Positions 8,499-20,891 of a DNA stretch of 61,850 bases are shown here, piece after piece. The translations under genes were made by a program, and so were the position numbers. This stretch comes from Candidatus Acidiferrum sp. (GTDB lineage: Bacteria; Methylomirabilota; Methylomirabilia; Rokubacteriales; CSP1-6). The stretch is taken from the NCBI GenBank assembly GCA_035635775.1, contig DASQAL010000133.1:1-61850 (forward strand). The letters run 5' to 3'. Below the pieces are notes generated by a model, which worked only from the letters and a program-made list of their open reading frames with translations, had not been told where the DNA came from and ran no database searches. Every line of letters begins with the position of its first letter. The stretch's first letter is position 1.

Positions 8499-9406
8499 GC
8501 GCGGCCAGGGCCAAGGCGGGCGTCGAGCCCGCGCTGGGCATCATCGGAGGCAGCGGGCTCTACGAGATGGAGGGCGTCGAGGATCTGCGCTGGGTGCGCG
8601 TGCGCACGCCGTTCGGCGCGCCTTCGGATGCCTACTGCACGGGCCGGCTCGGCGACCGCCGGGTGATCTTCCTGCCGCGCCACGGCCGCGGCCATCGGGT
8701 CACGCCCACCGAGATCAACTACCGCGCCAATATCTACGGCCTCAAGGCTCTGGGGGCCCGCTGGGTCATCTCGGTGAGCGCGGTGGGCAGCATGAAGGAG
8801 GAGATCCACCCGCTGGATCTCGTGATTCCCGACCAGTTCTACGACCATACCAAGCGGCGGGTCTCGAGCTTCTTCGGCGACGGCATCGTCGGCCACGTCG
8901 GCATGGCCGAGCCGGTCTGCGCGGCGCTGGGCGACCTGCTCGAGACCGGGAGCCGGGAGGCGGGCGCGCGCGTGCACCGCGGCGGCACCTACATCTGCAT
9001 CGAGGGGCCGCAGTTCTCCACCAAGGGCGAGTCGCAGATCTACCGCCGCTGGGGCGTGTCGGTCATCGGGATGACGAACATGCCCGAGGCCAAGCTGGCC
9101 CGCGAGGCCGAGCTCTGCTACGCCACGCTGGCGCTGGCCACGGACTACGACGTGTGGCACGAGAGCCACGCGGCGGTGACGGTGGAGGCGGTCGTGGCCA
9201 ACCTGCGGAAGAACGTGGCCACCGCGAAGGTCGTCCTCCGGCGCGTCATCCCGCGCGTGGGCAAGGCCTGCGCCGGCGGCTGCGGCGATGCGCTGGCCAG
9301 CGCGGTGATCACCGATCCCAAGGCGTTCCCGCCGCGCACCCGCAAGCGGCTCGGCGTGCTGCTCGATCGCTACTTTCCCCCGAAGGGCAAGGGGCGCCGT
9401 GGCTGA
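8495..9406 (+). CDS. mtnP: S-methyl-5'-thioadenosine phosphorylase
   Basis: GIIGGSGLY, FLPRHGRGH, NYRANIY, EGPQFST, VIGMT, ATDYD; ATGA overlap with mtaB. Confidence 0.92.
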   Translation: MSAARAKAGVEPALGIIGGSGLYEMEGVEDLRWVRVRTPFGAPSDAYCTGRLGDRRVIFLPRHGRGHRVTPTEINYRANIYGLKALGARWVISVSAVGSMKEEIHPLDLVIPDQFYDHTKRRVSSFFGDGIVGHVGMAEPVCAALGDLLETGSREAGARVHRGGTYICIEGPQFSTKGESQIYRRWGVSVIGMTNMPEAKLAREAELCYATLALATDYDVWHESHAAVTVEAVVANLRKNVATAKVVLRRVIPRVGKACAGGCGDALASAVITDPKAFPPRTRKRLGVLLDRYFPPKGKGRRG

Positions 9407-10394
9407 TTCCCGCGAGCTCGACGTCGTCGGTATCGGCAATGCGCTGGTGGACGTGCTGACCCACGCCGAGGAGGGGTTCCTCGCCCGCCAGAGCCTGGTG
9501 AAGGGGACCATGCACCTGGTGGACGAGCCACGCGCCCGGGAGCTCTACGATGCGATGGGGCCCGGCGTGGAGATGTCGGGCGGCTCGGCCGCCAACACGG
9601 TGGTCGGCGTGGCCTCCTTCGGCGGGCGGGCGCACTACGTCGGCAAGGTCCGCGACGACCAGCTCGGCGAGGTATTCGGCCACGACCTGCGCGCCACCGG
9701 TGTGGGCTACGACACGCCCCGCGCCACCGAGGGCCCGCCCACCGGGCGCTGCCTCATCCTGGTCACGCCCGATGCCCAGCGCACCATGAGCACGTTCCTG
9801 GGCGCCTCGGTGCGGCTCGGCCCCGGCGACATCGACAAGGGCCTCATCGCCCGCGGCAAGATCCTCTACCTCGAGGGCTACCTCTTCGATCCGCCCGCGG
9901 CCCAGGAGGCCTTCCGGGCGGCCGCGGCCATGGCCCACGGCGCGGGGCGGAAGGTCTCGCTCACCCTGTCGGACCCGTTCTGCGTGGGACGGCATCGGAA
10001 GGCCTTCCTCGACTTGGTCGAGCATCACGTGGACATCCTCTTCGCGAACGAGGCGGAGATCTGCGCGCTGTACGAGGTCGGCGACTTCGACGCCGCCCTG
10101 GCCCGCGTGCGGGGGCACTGCGAGATCGCCGCGCTCACCCGGAGCGCCAAGGGCTCGGTGATCGTGGGCGGCGGGCAGGTGCACACGGTGGCCGCGCATC
10201 CGGTGAACGCGGTGGTGGACACGACGGGCGCGGGCGATCTCTACGCGGCCGGCGTGCTCTATGGCCTCAGCCAGGGCTTCGACCTGCCGACCTGCGGGCG
10301 GCTGGGCTCGCGGGCCGCCGCGGAGGTCATCGCCCACGTGGGCGCCCGGCCGATGGTGCCCCTGGGGCAGCTCACGGGACCCATTCTCGGGTAG
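9399..10394 (+). CDS. Adenosine kinase / PfkB carbohydrate kinase family
   Basis: GIGNALVD, GGSAANT, GKVRDDQLG, PTGRC, RTMSTFLG, FANEAE, DTTGAGD. Confidence 0.9.
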   Translation: MADSRELDVVGIGNALVDVLTHAEEGFLARQSLVKGTMHLVDEPRARELYDAMGPGVEMSGGSAANTVVGVASFGGRAHYVGKVRDDQLGEVFGHDLRATGVGYDTPRATEGPPTGRCLILVTPDAQRTMSTFLGASVRLGPGDIDKGLIARGKILYLEGYLFDPPAAQEAFRAAAAMAHGAGRKVSLTLSDPFCVGRHRKAFLDLVEHHVDILFANEAEICALYEVGDFDAALARVRGHCEIAALTRSAKGSVIVGGGQVHTVAAHPVNAVVDTTGAGDLYAAGVLYGLSQGFDLPTCGRLGSRAAAEVIAHVGARPMVPLGQLTGPILG

Positions 10395-10403
10395 GAGAGC
10401 GCG

Positions 10404-11237
10404 ATGGCGGATCACGAGGTGCTCGACGCCAAATACGACCGGCTGGTGGATCTCATCCGCGGGATGACCCGCGTGATCGTGGCCTTCTCCGGCGGCGTGG
10501 ACTCGACCTTCCTCGCCCGGGCCGCGAAGGACGCGCTCGGCGACGGCGCGACGCTGGTCACCGCCGATTCGGAGACCTACCCGGCCTCCGAGCTCGAGGA
10601 GACGCGGCGGCTGGCCACGCTGCTCGGCATGCGCCAGGAAGTCATCCGCACCCGCGAGCTCGACCGGCCCGAGTACGCGCGCAATGCGCCGGACCGGTGC
10701 TTCCACTGCAAGGAGGAGCTGTTCACGCGGCTCGAGCCGATCGCCCAGGCGGCGGGCAGCGCGCAGGTCATCTATGGCGCCAACATGGACGACCTCGGCG
10801 ATCACCGGCCCGGCATGAAGGCCGCGGAGGGCCGCGGCGTGCGCGCCCCGCTCATCGAAGCCCTGCTGTGGAAGGAGGAGATCCGGGCGCTCTCGAAGGA
10901 GCTCGGGCTGCCCACCTGGGACAAGCCGTCCTTCGCGTGCCTCTCGTCCCGCTTCCAGTACGGCGACCCCATCACCGCCGAGAAGCTCCGACGGATCGAC
11001 GACGCCGAAGCCTTCGTGCGGAGCCTGGGCTTCCGCCAGTTCCGGGTGCGCCATCACGACCGCCTGGCCCGCCTCGAGCTGGTCCCAGAGGAGATGCCGC
11101 GCCTCTGGCAGGAGGACCGGCACGGAGCGATCGTCCGACGCTTCCGCGAGCTGGGCTATCTCTACGTGACGCTCGACCTGCAGGGCTTCCGCAGCGGCAG
11201 CGCCAACGAGGTGCTGAAGTGGATCGGGAAAAAGTAA
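10404..11237 (+). CDS. larE: ATP-dependent sulfur transferase LarE (CxxC-C type)
   Basis: PP-loop AFSGGVDS, RCFHCK, DDLGDHRPG, WDKPSFACLSSRF, RVRHH, GFRSGS. Confidence 0.92.
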   Translation: MADHEVLDAKYDRLVDLIRGMTRVIVAFSGGVDSTFLARAAKDALGDGATLVTADSETYPASELEETRRLATLLGMRQEVIRTRELDRPEYARNAPDRCFHCKEELFTRLEPIAQAAGSAQVIYGANMDDLGDHRPGMKAAEGRGVRAPLIEALLWKEEIRALSKELGLPTWDKPSFACLSSRFQYGDPITAEKLRRIDDAEAFVRSLGFRQFRVRHHDRLARLELVPEEMPRLWQEDRHGAIVRRFRELGYLYVTLDLQGFRSGSANEVLKWIGKK

Positions 11238-11977
11238 GGGCGCTGCTGGAGGCCGTCGCGGCCGGCGCGCTCGCCCCCGAGCAGGCGCTGGCCCGGCTCC
11301 GCGCGCTGCCCGTCGAGGACCTGCGCTTCGCCCGCGTGGATCTGCACCGCTCGCTGCGCCAGGGCGTGCCCGAGGCCGTCTTCTGTCAGGGCAAGACGCC
11401 GGAGCAGGTGGTCGCCATCGTGCGGCGGCTGGCGGAGGGGCACGACAACGTGCTCGCCACGCGCGCCGAGCCGGCGGTGGTGACCGCGCTGCTCGCGAGT
11501 GGGCTGCCGTGCCAGGTGTACGAGGCGGCGCGAGTGGTCGTGGTCAAGCCGGTCGCGAGAGACGGCGTCGGGCTGATCGTCGTCGTCAGCGCGGGCACCT
11601 CCGATCTGCCGGTGGCCGAGGAGGCCGCGGTCACCGCGGAGGCGATGGGCAACCATGTCGAACGCGTGTTCGACTGCGGCGTGGCCGGCCTGCACCGGCT
11701 GGTGCCGCATCTCGACCGCCTCAACGAGGCGAACGCCATCATCGCGGTGGCTGGCATGGAGGGCGCGCTCCCCAGCGTCCTCGGGGGGCTGGTGGACCGC
11801 CCGGTGATCGCGGTGCCGACCAGCGTGGGCTACGGCGCCTCGTTCGGGGGCGTGGCCGCGCTGCTGGCCATGCTGAACTCCTGCGCCCCCGGCGTCTCGG
11901 TGGTCAATATCGACAACGGCTATGGCGCCGCCGCCCAGGCCAACCAGATCAATAAGCTCGCGTCCAAGCTCCGCTAG
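11219..11977 (+). CDS. larB: Nickel-pincer cofactor biosynthesis carboxylase/hydrolase LarB
   Basis: FARVDLHRSLRQGVPEAVFCQGKT, AGTSDLPVAEEA, DCGVAGLHRL, AGMEGALPSV, VPTSVGYG, VVNIDNGYGAA; GTG start overlaps larE end. Confidence 0.93.
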   Translation: MDREKVRALLEAVAAGALAPEQALARLRALPVEDLRFARVDLHRSLRQGVPEAVFCQGKTPEQVVAIVRRLAEGHDNVLATRAEPAVVTALLASGLPCQVYEAARVVVVKPVARDGVGLIVVVSAGTSDLPVAEEAAVTAEAMGNHVERVFDCGVAGLHRLVPHLDRLNEANAIIAVAGMEGALPSVLGGLVDRPVIAVPTSVGYGASFGGVAALLAMLNSCAPGVSVVNIDNGYGAAAQANQINKLASKLR

Positions 11978-11984
11978 CCCGCAT

Positions 11985-13220
11985 ATGAAGGTCGCGTATT
12001 TCGACTGCCCGAGCGGGGCGTCCGGGGACATGATCCTGGGCGCGCTGGTGGACGCGGGGGTGCCCTTCGAGACGCTCGAGCGCGAGCTGGCGGGCCTCGG
12101 CGTCGGGGGCTACCGCCTCGAGCGCCGCGAGGTGATGAAGGCGGGCTTCCGCGCCACCAAGATCGACGTGCACTTGGCCGGCTACGACCGAGACCCCGGT
12201 TACATGGGCCGCGCGGCGGACCCGGGCGCGCCCCGCCACGAGCCGGCCGGGCACCGCGGACTCGGCGAGATCCTCGGCATTCTCGAGCGGAGCCGGCTCG
12301 CGCCCGCGGTACGGGACATGGCCTCCCGCGTCTTCCGGCGGCTGGCCGAGGCCGAGGCGCGGGTGCACGGCACGACCCCCGAGCGGGTGCAATTCCACGA
12401 CGTGGGCGCGGTGGACGCCATCGTGGATGTAACCGGATCGTGCATCGGCCTCCATCTGCTCGGGATCGACGCCGTCCACTTCGGAGCCCTGCCGGTCGGG
12501 GGCGGGTTCATCGACGGTCCGCACGGCCGTATTCCGGTGCCCGGCCCGGCCACCGCCGAGCTGCTCAAGGGGTTCCCGACGCTGGACACCGGCATCCGCC
12601 GGGAGCTGGTAACCCCGACTGGGGCGGCGATCCTCACGACCCTGGCGGCCGGGGCGGGGGCGATGCCGGCGATGCGGGTCACCGCCGTCGGCTACGGCGC
12701 CGGCACCATGGACCTCGAGACCCCGAACGTGCTGCGGCTCTTCGTGGGCGAGGCGGCGGTGACCACGCCCGCCGAGACCATCGTCCAGGTCGAGACCACC
12801 GTGGACGACATGTCGCCCCAGCTTTACGAGCCCTTGCTGGAGCGCCTGCTCGAGGCCGGCGCGCTGGACGCCTGGCTCACCCCCGTCATCATGAAGCGCA
12901 GCCGGCCGGGCGTGGTCCTGACCGCCCTCTGCGAGCCGGGGCGGGTCGCCGACCTCTCGCGGCTGCTCTTCGAGGAGTCCTCCACCATCGGCGTGCGCTG
13001 GACCGCGTACCAGCGCAGCCGCCTCGATCGCGAGATGGTGCGGCTGGACACCGCCTACGGGCCGGTGACGTTCAAGGTCTCCCGGCTCGAGGGCCGGGTG
13101 GTCACGGTCACGCCGGAATTCGAGGAAGTACGCCGCATCGCGCGAGACAAGGGTCTCCCGGTCCGGGAGGTGCTCGAGCAGGCGCGCGTGGAGGGCCGCC
13201 GGCTCCTGACCACCCCTTGA
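11985..13220 (+). CDS. larC: Nickel insertase (cyclometallase) LarC
   Basis: YFDCPSGASGDM, AEARVHG, FHDVGAVDAIVD, HGRIPVPGPAT, ELVTPTGAA, ETTVDD, MKRSRPG, ESSTIGVR, PEFEE; single uninterrupted ORF. Confidence 0.93.
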   Translation: MKVAYFDCPSGASGDMILGALVDAGVPFETLERELAGLGVGGYRLERREVMKAGFRATKIDVHLAGYDRDPGYMGRAADPGAPRHEPAGHRGLGEILGILERSRLAPAVRDMASRVFRRLAEAEARVHGTTPERVQFHDVGAVDAIVDVTGSCIGLHLLGIDAVHFGALPVGGGFIDGPHGRIPVPGPATAELLKGFPTLDTGIRRELVTPTGAAILTTLAAGAGAMPAMRVTAVGYGAGTMDLETPNVLRLFVGEAAVTTPAETIVQVETTVDDMSPQLYEPLLERLLEAGALDAWLTPVIMKRSRPGVVLTALCEPGRVADLSRLLFEESSTIGVRWTAYQRSRLDREMVRLDTAYGPVTFKVSRLEGRVVTVTPEFEEVRRIARDKGLPVREVLEQARVEGRRLLTTP

Positions 13221-13245
13221 CACCGTCCCCGGCCCGGCATACGGT
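13217..13245 (+). promoter_or_regulatory. Sigma70 promoter of the cox-like operon
   Basis: TTGACA-N17-TACGGT; GGAGG RBS follows before GTG 13293. Confidence 0.7.
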
Positions 13246-13292
13246 TGGGGGCGCTTTCCCGGCCTCGGACCCTTCACTCAGGAGGTAGCGCG

Positions 13293-13766
<474 letters not shown>

Positions 13767-13775
13767 GGCGCGACC

Positions 13776-16136
<2,361 letters not shown>

Positions 16137-16150
16137 GGGGAGACGCCGAC

Positions 16151-17014
16151 ATGTACCCAGCTCAGTTCGAGTACCACACGCCGGGGACGGTGAAGGAGGC
16201 GCTGGAGCTGCTCGGGCGCCACAAGGACGACGCCAAGCTGCTGGCGGGCGGCCATAGCCTGCTTCCGGCCATGAAGCTGCGCCTGGCCCAGCCGAAGCAC
16301 CTCGTGGACCTCCGAAAGGTCGCCGGCCTCTCCGGCATCAAGGAAGACGGCGGCACGCTCGTGATCGGGGCGATGACCACCCACTACCAGGTCGAGTCCT
16401 CGGCGGTCGTGAAGTCGAAGTGCCCGATGCTCGCCGCGGTGGCCGCCCAGATCGGGGATCCGATGGTGCGCAACATGGGCACGATCGGCGGCAGTCTGGC
16501 CCACGCGGACCCGGCCGCGGACTACCCGGCCGCGATCATCGCGCTCGGCGCGGAGATGGTGGCCGAGGGCCCCAAGGGTAAACGCACGATCAAGGCCGAT
16601 GACTTCTTCAAGGGCCTGCTCACCACCGCGCTCGCGGAGGACGAGATCCTGACCGAGGTGCGCGTGCCCGCGATGGCGGGCAAGACCGGCGCCGCCTACA
16701 TGAAGTTCCCGCACCCGGCCTCCCGGTTCGCGGTGGTCGGCGTCGCGGCGGTGCTGAGCGTGGACGGCGGCAAGGTCGGCAAGGCCAGCGTCGCGGTCAC
16801 CGGCGCCGGCACCAAGGCGGTGCGCGCCAAGGGCGTGGAGGCCGCGATCACCGGCAAGGCGGCCGACGCGGCGTCCATCCAGGCGGCGGCCGAGAAGGCG
16901 GCCGAGGGCGTGGACGTCCAGGCCGATCTGCAGGGCACGGTGGAGTACAAGAGCCACCTGGTCCGGGTCTTCGCCAAGCGCGCGATGGAGGCGGCCGCCG
17001 CGGCCGTGAAGTAA
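16151..17014 (+). CDS. coxM: FAD-binding medium subunit (CoxM/CutM-like)
   Basis: MYPAQFEYHTP, LAGGHSL, IGAMTT, VRNMGTIGGSLAHADPAAD. Confidence 0.9.
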   Translation: MYPAQFEYHTPGTVKEALELLGRHKDDAKLLAGGHSLLPAMKLRLAQPKHLVDLRKVAGLSGIKEDGGTLVIGAMTTHYQVESSAVVKSKCPMLAAVAAQIGDPMVRNMGTIGGSLAHADPAADYPAAIIALGAEMVAEGPKGKRTIKADDFFKGLLTTALAEDEILTEVRVPAMAGKTGAAYMKFPHPASRFAVVGVAAVLSVDGGKVGKASVAVTGAGTKAVRAKGVEAAITGKAADAASIQAAAEKAAEGVDVQADLQGTVEYKSHLVRVFAKRAMEAAAAAVK

Positions 17015-17042
17015 GCCGCTCGAGTGAGACGTCCAACCGACG

Positions 17043-17078
17043 AGCCCCGCGGGATGGTCTCCGCGGGGCTTCGTTTTT
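17043..17078 (+). terminator. Intrinsic terminator after coxSLM
   Basis: AGCCCCGCGG-loop-CCGCGGGGCT stem followed by TCGTTTTT. Confidence 0.7.
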
Positions 17079-17088
17079 GGGGCCCCGG

Positions 17089-17691
17089 GTGATCGCGGCG
17101 GTCGTGCTCGCCGCCGGCCTCTCGCGCCGGATGGGCCAGGCCAAGCTGCTCATGCCGGTGGGCGGCCGGGCCATCGTCCGGTACGTCGTCGAGAGTGTCC
17201 TGGCGGGCGGCGTGGACTTGGTGTGGGTGGTGACCGGGCCCGACGTGGAGCCGATCGAGGCGGCCCTGGCCGGCCTCGAGGCGCAGATCGCGGTGAATCC
17301 GGCGCCCGAGGAGGGCCAGGCCAGCTCGCTGCGCGCGGGCATCGCCGCGCTGCCCGCGTCGGTGGACGCGGTGCTGATCGCGCTCGGCGACCAGCCGTCG
17401 CTGGCGCCGTCCATCATCCCGGCGCTGCTGGCGGCCCGGCGCACGAGCCCCAAGCTCATCGTGGCGCCGCGCTACCGGGACGGGCAGGGCAACCCGGTGC
17501 TGTTCAAGCGCGAGATCTTTCCCGAGCTGCTGCGCCTGACCGGCGACCAGGGCGCGCGGCCCATCATCCAGAAGGAGCCAGCCCGCGTGGAGTGGGTCGA
17601 CCTCGACCTGCCCATGCCGCCGGACGTGGACACCCTCGACGACTATGAGAAGATCCGGGCGAGCCTCCGGGCAGGCAATCACGCGGTGTAG
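17089..17691 (+). CDS. mocA: Molybdenum cofactor cytidylyltransferase (MocA/MobA-like NTP transferase)
   Basis: VLAAGLSRRMG, KLL, LGDQP, GNPVLF, DVDT; context next to an MCD-dependent hydroxylase. Confidence 0.8.
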   Translation: MIAAVVLAAGLSRRMGQAKLLMPVGGRAIVRYVVESVLAGGVDLVWVVTGPDVEPIEAALAGLEAQIAVNPAPEEGQASSLRAGIAALPASVDAVLIALGDQPSLAPSIIPALLAARRTSPKLIVAPRYRDGQGNPVLFKREIFPELLRLTGDQGARPIIQKEPARVEWVDLDLPMPPDVDTLDDYEKIRASLRAGNHAV

Positions 17692-17703
17692 ACTGAGAGG
17701 GCC

Positions 17704-18594
17704 ATGAGAGCCGAAATCGAGAAGATCCAGCAGATGATGGAGAAGGCGGACTACGTCACGGATCCCGCCATCGCGACATCAGTGCACCTGGCCATGACCC
17801 TCAAGAAGCCGCTCCTCATCGAGGGGCACGCGGGCGTCGGCAAAACCGAGGTCGCCAAGGTGATGGCGCGGATGCTCGATACCAACCTCATTCGCCTCCA
17901 GTGCTACGAGGGGCTCGACGCGGCCCAGGCGCTCTACGAGTGGAACTACCCCAAGCAGCTCCTGCACATCAAGCTCGAGGAGGCGACCACCCACAGCCTC
18001 CGCGAGAAGGAAGCCACGATCTTCTCCGAGCCCTTCCTGATCCGCCGCCCGCTCCTCCAGGCGATCAGCCAGGACGGCAAGCCGCCGGTGCTGCTGATCG
18101 ACGAGGTGGACCGAAGTGACGAGGAGTTCGAAGCATTCCTCCTCGAAGTGCTCGCCGAGTTCCAGGTGACGATCCCCGAGATCGGCACGATCAAGACCAC
18201 GCATCCGCCGTACGTCATTCTCACGTCGAACCGGGTGCGCGAGCTCTCGGATGCGCTTCGCCGACGCTGTCTCTATCTGTGGATCGACTTCCCGGGCTTC
18301 GAGAAGGAAGTGCGGATCGTGACCCGCAAGGTCCCGGGCGTGAACGAGGCGCTCGCCCGCGAGATCTCTCGCTTCATGGAAGGCCTCCGCACCATGCGCC
18401 TCTCCAAGGTGCCGGGGGTCGCGGAGAGCCTCGACTGGGCGCAGGCCCTCGCCTCGCTCCACGCCGATCACCTCGACGAGGACCTGGTGCTGGAAACGCT
18501 CGGCTGCGTGCTCAAGGACGCCGACGACATCAAACGATTCAAGCGGGAGCTGACCGGAAGCGGCCTCAAGCGCTTCGTGGCCGCCGAGGGCTAG
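17704..18594 (+). CDS. coxD: MoxR AAA+ ATPase (CoxD-like)
   Basis: Walker A GHAGVGKT, RLQCYEGLD, YEWNY, Walker B LLIDEVD, TSNRVRELSDALRRRC. Confidence 0.88.
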   Translation: MRAEIEKIQQMMEKADYVTDPAIATSVHLAMTLKKPLLIEGHAGVGKTEVAKVMARMLDTNLIRLQCYEGLDAAQALYEWNYPKQLLHIKLEEATTHSLREKEATIFSEPFLIRRPLLQAISQDGKPPVLLIDEVDRSDEEFEAFLLEVLAEFQVTIPEIGTIKTTHPPYVILTSNRVRELSDALRRRCLYLWIDFPGFEKEVRIVTRKVPGVNEALAREISRFMEGLRTMRLSKVPGVAESLDWAQALASLHADHLDEDLVLETLGCVLKDADDIKRFKRELTGSGLKRFVAAEG

Positions 18595-18595
18595 C

Positions 18596-19750
18596 ATGGC
18601 CGGGCCCCGCGACCTCACCACCGCCGTCCTCCGCTTCGGCCAGATGCTGCGGGCGGCCGGGCTGCCGCTCACCATCACCGAGCTGATGGACGGGGTGCGC
18701 GCGCTGAAGGTCGTGGACCTGCTGGACCGCCAGGACGTCTACCTGGCGCTGCGCACGACCCTGGTCGCCCGGCGCGAGGAGTTCCCCGCCTTCGACCGCT
18801 GCTTCGACGTCTTCTGGCGCTTCCAGGCCGAGGAGGGGCAGGGGCTCGACGGCCTCATGAGCCCGACCGAGGCCGCCATCCCGGAGGAGCACGCCGGCAA
18901 TACCGGGGCGGAGGCGGCCCAGAAGAAGGTCTCGGTGGCCCTGGAAGGCTGGGAGGAGCCGGGCGAGGACGACGGCGAGCCGCTCGAGGTCCCCGGCGTC
19001 AGCGACAGAGAAATCCTCATGGATCAAGACTTTTCGGCCTTTCCAGTTGAGGATCTCGACGAGGTGGCCCGCCTCACGATCCTGATCGCCAAGCGGCTGG
19101 CCCGGCGCATCAGCCGGCGCAAGCGGCCGACCCGGCGGGGCGGCGTCATCGACATGCGGCGCAGCATGCGGGCCAATCTCATGAAGGGCGAGATCATCGA
19201 GCTCCGAAGAAGAGAGCGCCGGCGGCGCAAGATCCGGCTGGTGCTGCTCTGCGACGTGTCGGGCTCGATGGATCTCTACAGCCGTTTCCTGCTCCAGTTC
19301 CTCTACGCGCTCCAGAACGTCTTCGGCCGGGTGGAGACCTTCACCTTCTCCACGCGACTGACGAGGGTGACCGAGCATCTCAAGGGTGCGTCCTACCGCC
19401 AGGCCCTGGCCAAGCTGACCGAGGTGCGGGACTTCTCCGGCGGGACCCGGATCGGGGAATCCTTGCAGGAATTCAATGCCCGGTGGGGGAATCTGGTGAC
19501 CCGGCACACCATCGTCCTCGTGCTCTCGGACGGCTGGGACACCGGCGAGCCCGAGCTCCTGGCCAACGAGATGCTGACGCTGAAGCGCAAGGCGGGTCGG
19601 CTCATCTGGCTCAACCCGCTGCTGGGCAACCCGTCCTACGAGCCCCTGACGCGGGGCATGGCGGCGGCGCTGCCGCTCATCGACCACTTCGCGGCGGCGC
19701 ACAACCTGGCGAGCCTGCGCGACCTGGCCGGCCATCTCAACCTGAGGTAG
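18596..19750 (+). CDS. coxE: VWA-domain protein (CoxE-like)
   Basis: MIDAS DVSGSM, FTFSTRL, GGTRIG, SDGWD, WLNPL. Confidence 0.88.
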   Translation: MAGPRDLTTAVLRFGQMLRAAGLPLTITELMDGVRALKVVDLLDRQDVYLALRTTLVARREEFPAFDRCFDVFWRFQAEEGQGLDGLMSPTEAAIPEEHAGNTGAEAAQKKVSVALEGWEEPGEDDGEPLEVPGVSDREILMDQDFSAFPVEDLDEVARLTILIAKRLARRISRRKRPTRRGGVIDMRRSMRANLMKGEIIELRRRERRRRKIRLVLLCDVSGSMDLYSRFLLQFLYALQNVFGRVETFTFSTRLTRVTEHLKGASYRQALAKLTEVRDFSGGTRIGESLQEFNARWGNLVTRHTIVLVLSDGWDTGEPELLANEMLTLKRKAGRLIWLNPLLGNPSYEPLTRGMAAALPLIDHFAAAHNLASLRDLAGHLNLR

Positions 19751-19755
19751 CAGAC

Positions 19756-20844
19756 ATGACCGAGCTCTACGAGCACCTGAACCAGCTCAAGCGGAACGAG
19801 TCCAAGGTGACGGTGGCCACCCTCGTCAATACGCGCGGCACCACGCCCCGGAAGGAAGGGGCGAAGATGCTGGTGGGCGAGGGCGGGCGTGTGCTCGGCT
19901 CGGTGACCATCGGCGGCTGTGTGGACGCCCAGGTCATCGAGGAGTCCGCCGACGTGCTCGACAAGAACGCCCCGCGGCTTCTCGAGCTGAATCTGGGCGA
20001 CGAGGAGGCCTGGGAGATCGGGCTCACCTGCGGCGGCACCATCGAGGTCTTCCTGGAGCCGGTGACGCTCGACGACGCCGACGACACCACACTGGTCTAC
20101 TACGAGCGGGCCCGCGTCCACGCCGAGCAGGGCGGGCGGGCCGTGATCGTGACCCGCCTCGATGCGCCAAACCATGGCGCCAAGCTCCTGTTCTTCGACC
20201 ACGGCGGGCAGGAGGGGACCCTGGGGGACGCCTTCCTCGACCAGCGCTTCGCGGCGGAGGCCCGTGAGACCATGGCCGCGGGCAAGTCGCGGACGCTGTT
20301 CCTCGAGAACGTGCGCGCCTTCGCGGAGGTCTTCGCGCCGCCCTCCACCCTCGTCGTGGTGGGAGCCAGCCACGTGGCGATGCCGCTCACCACGCTGGCC
20401 AAGACGCTCGGCTTCCGCACCATCGTGGTGGACGGCCGGCCGCGCTTCGCCACCAAGGAGCGCTTCCCGGACGTGGACGATCTCCGGATCGGCGTGCCCT
20501 CCGAGCTGGTGCAGCAGGTCCCGCTCATCGCGACCACTGCGCTGGTGCTGGTGGCCCACGACTACAAGTACGATCTCCCGGTGCTGCGCCACGCGCTGAG
20601 CACGCCGGTGGGCTATATCGGGCTCCTGGGCAGCACCCGGCGCGGGGCGGCAATCCTGAACCTGCTGCGCGAGGACGGGGTGGCCGAGGACGCGCTGCTA
20701 CGCGTGCGGGTGCCGATCGGCCTCGACCTGGGCGCCCAGTCGGCGCCCGAGATCGCGCTGAGCATCCTGGCCGAGGCCCTGGCCGCCCATCGCAACGCCA
20801 CCGGCATGCCGATCTCGGAAAAAGTCCGCCGGGGCCTCAAGTAG
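19756..20844 (+). CDS. xdhC: XdhC/CoxF Moco chaperone
   Basis: GTTPRKEGAKM, IGGCVD, GLTCGGTIEV, VGASHVA, HDYKYD, YIGLLGS, PIGLDLGAQSAPEIALSI. Confidence 0.9.
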   Translation: MTELYEHLNQLKRNESKVTVATLVNTRGTTPRKEGAKMLVGEGGRVLGSVTIGGCVDAQVIEESADVLDKNAPRLLELNLGDEEAWEIGLTCGGTIEVFLEPVTLDDADDTTLVYYERARVHAEQGGRAVIVTRLDAPNHGAKLLFFDHGGQEGTLGDAFLDQRFAAEARETMAAGKSRTLFLENVRAFAEVFAPPSTLVVVGASHVAMPLTTLAKTLGFRTIVVDGRPRFATKERFPDVDDLRIGVPSELVQQVPLIATTALVLVAHDYKYDLPVLRHALSTPVGYIGLLGSTRRGAAILNLLREDGVAEDALLRVRVPIGLDLGAQSAPEIALSILAEALAAHRNATGMPISEKVRRGLK

Positions 20845-20891
20845 GCGCGCCAGAGCATGGATCCCGAGCACAGGCGAATGATGAATGTGGT

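Noticed and set aside
12175-12260. His-rich nickel-storage loop or programmed frameshift in larC
   Set aside because: The loop has few His residues and larC is a single continuous ORF.
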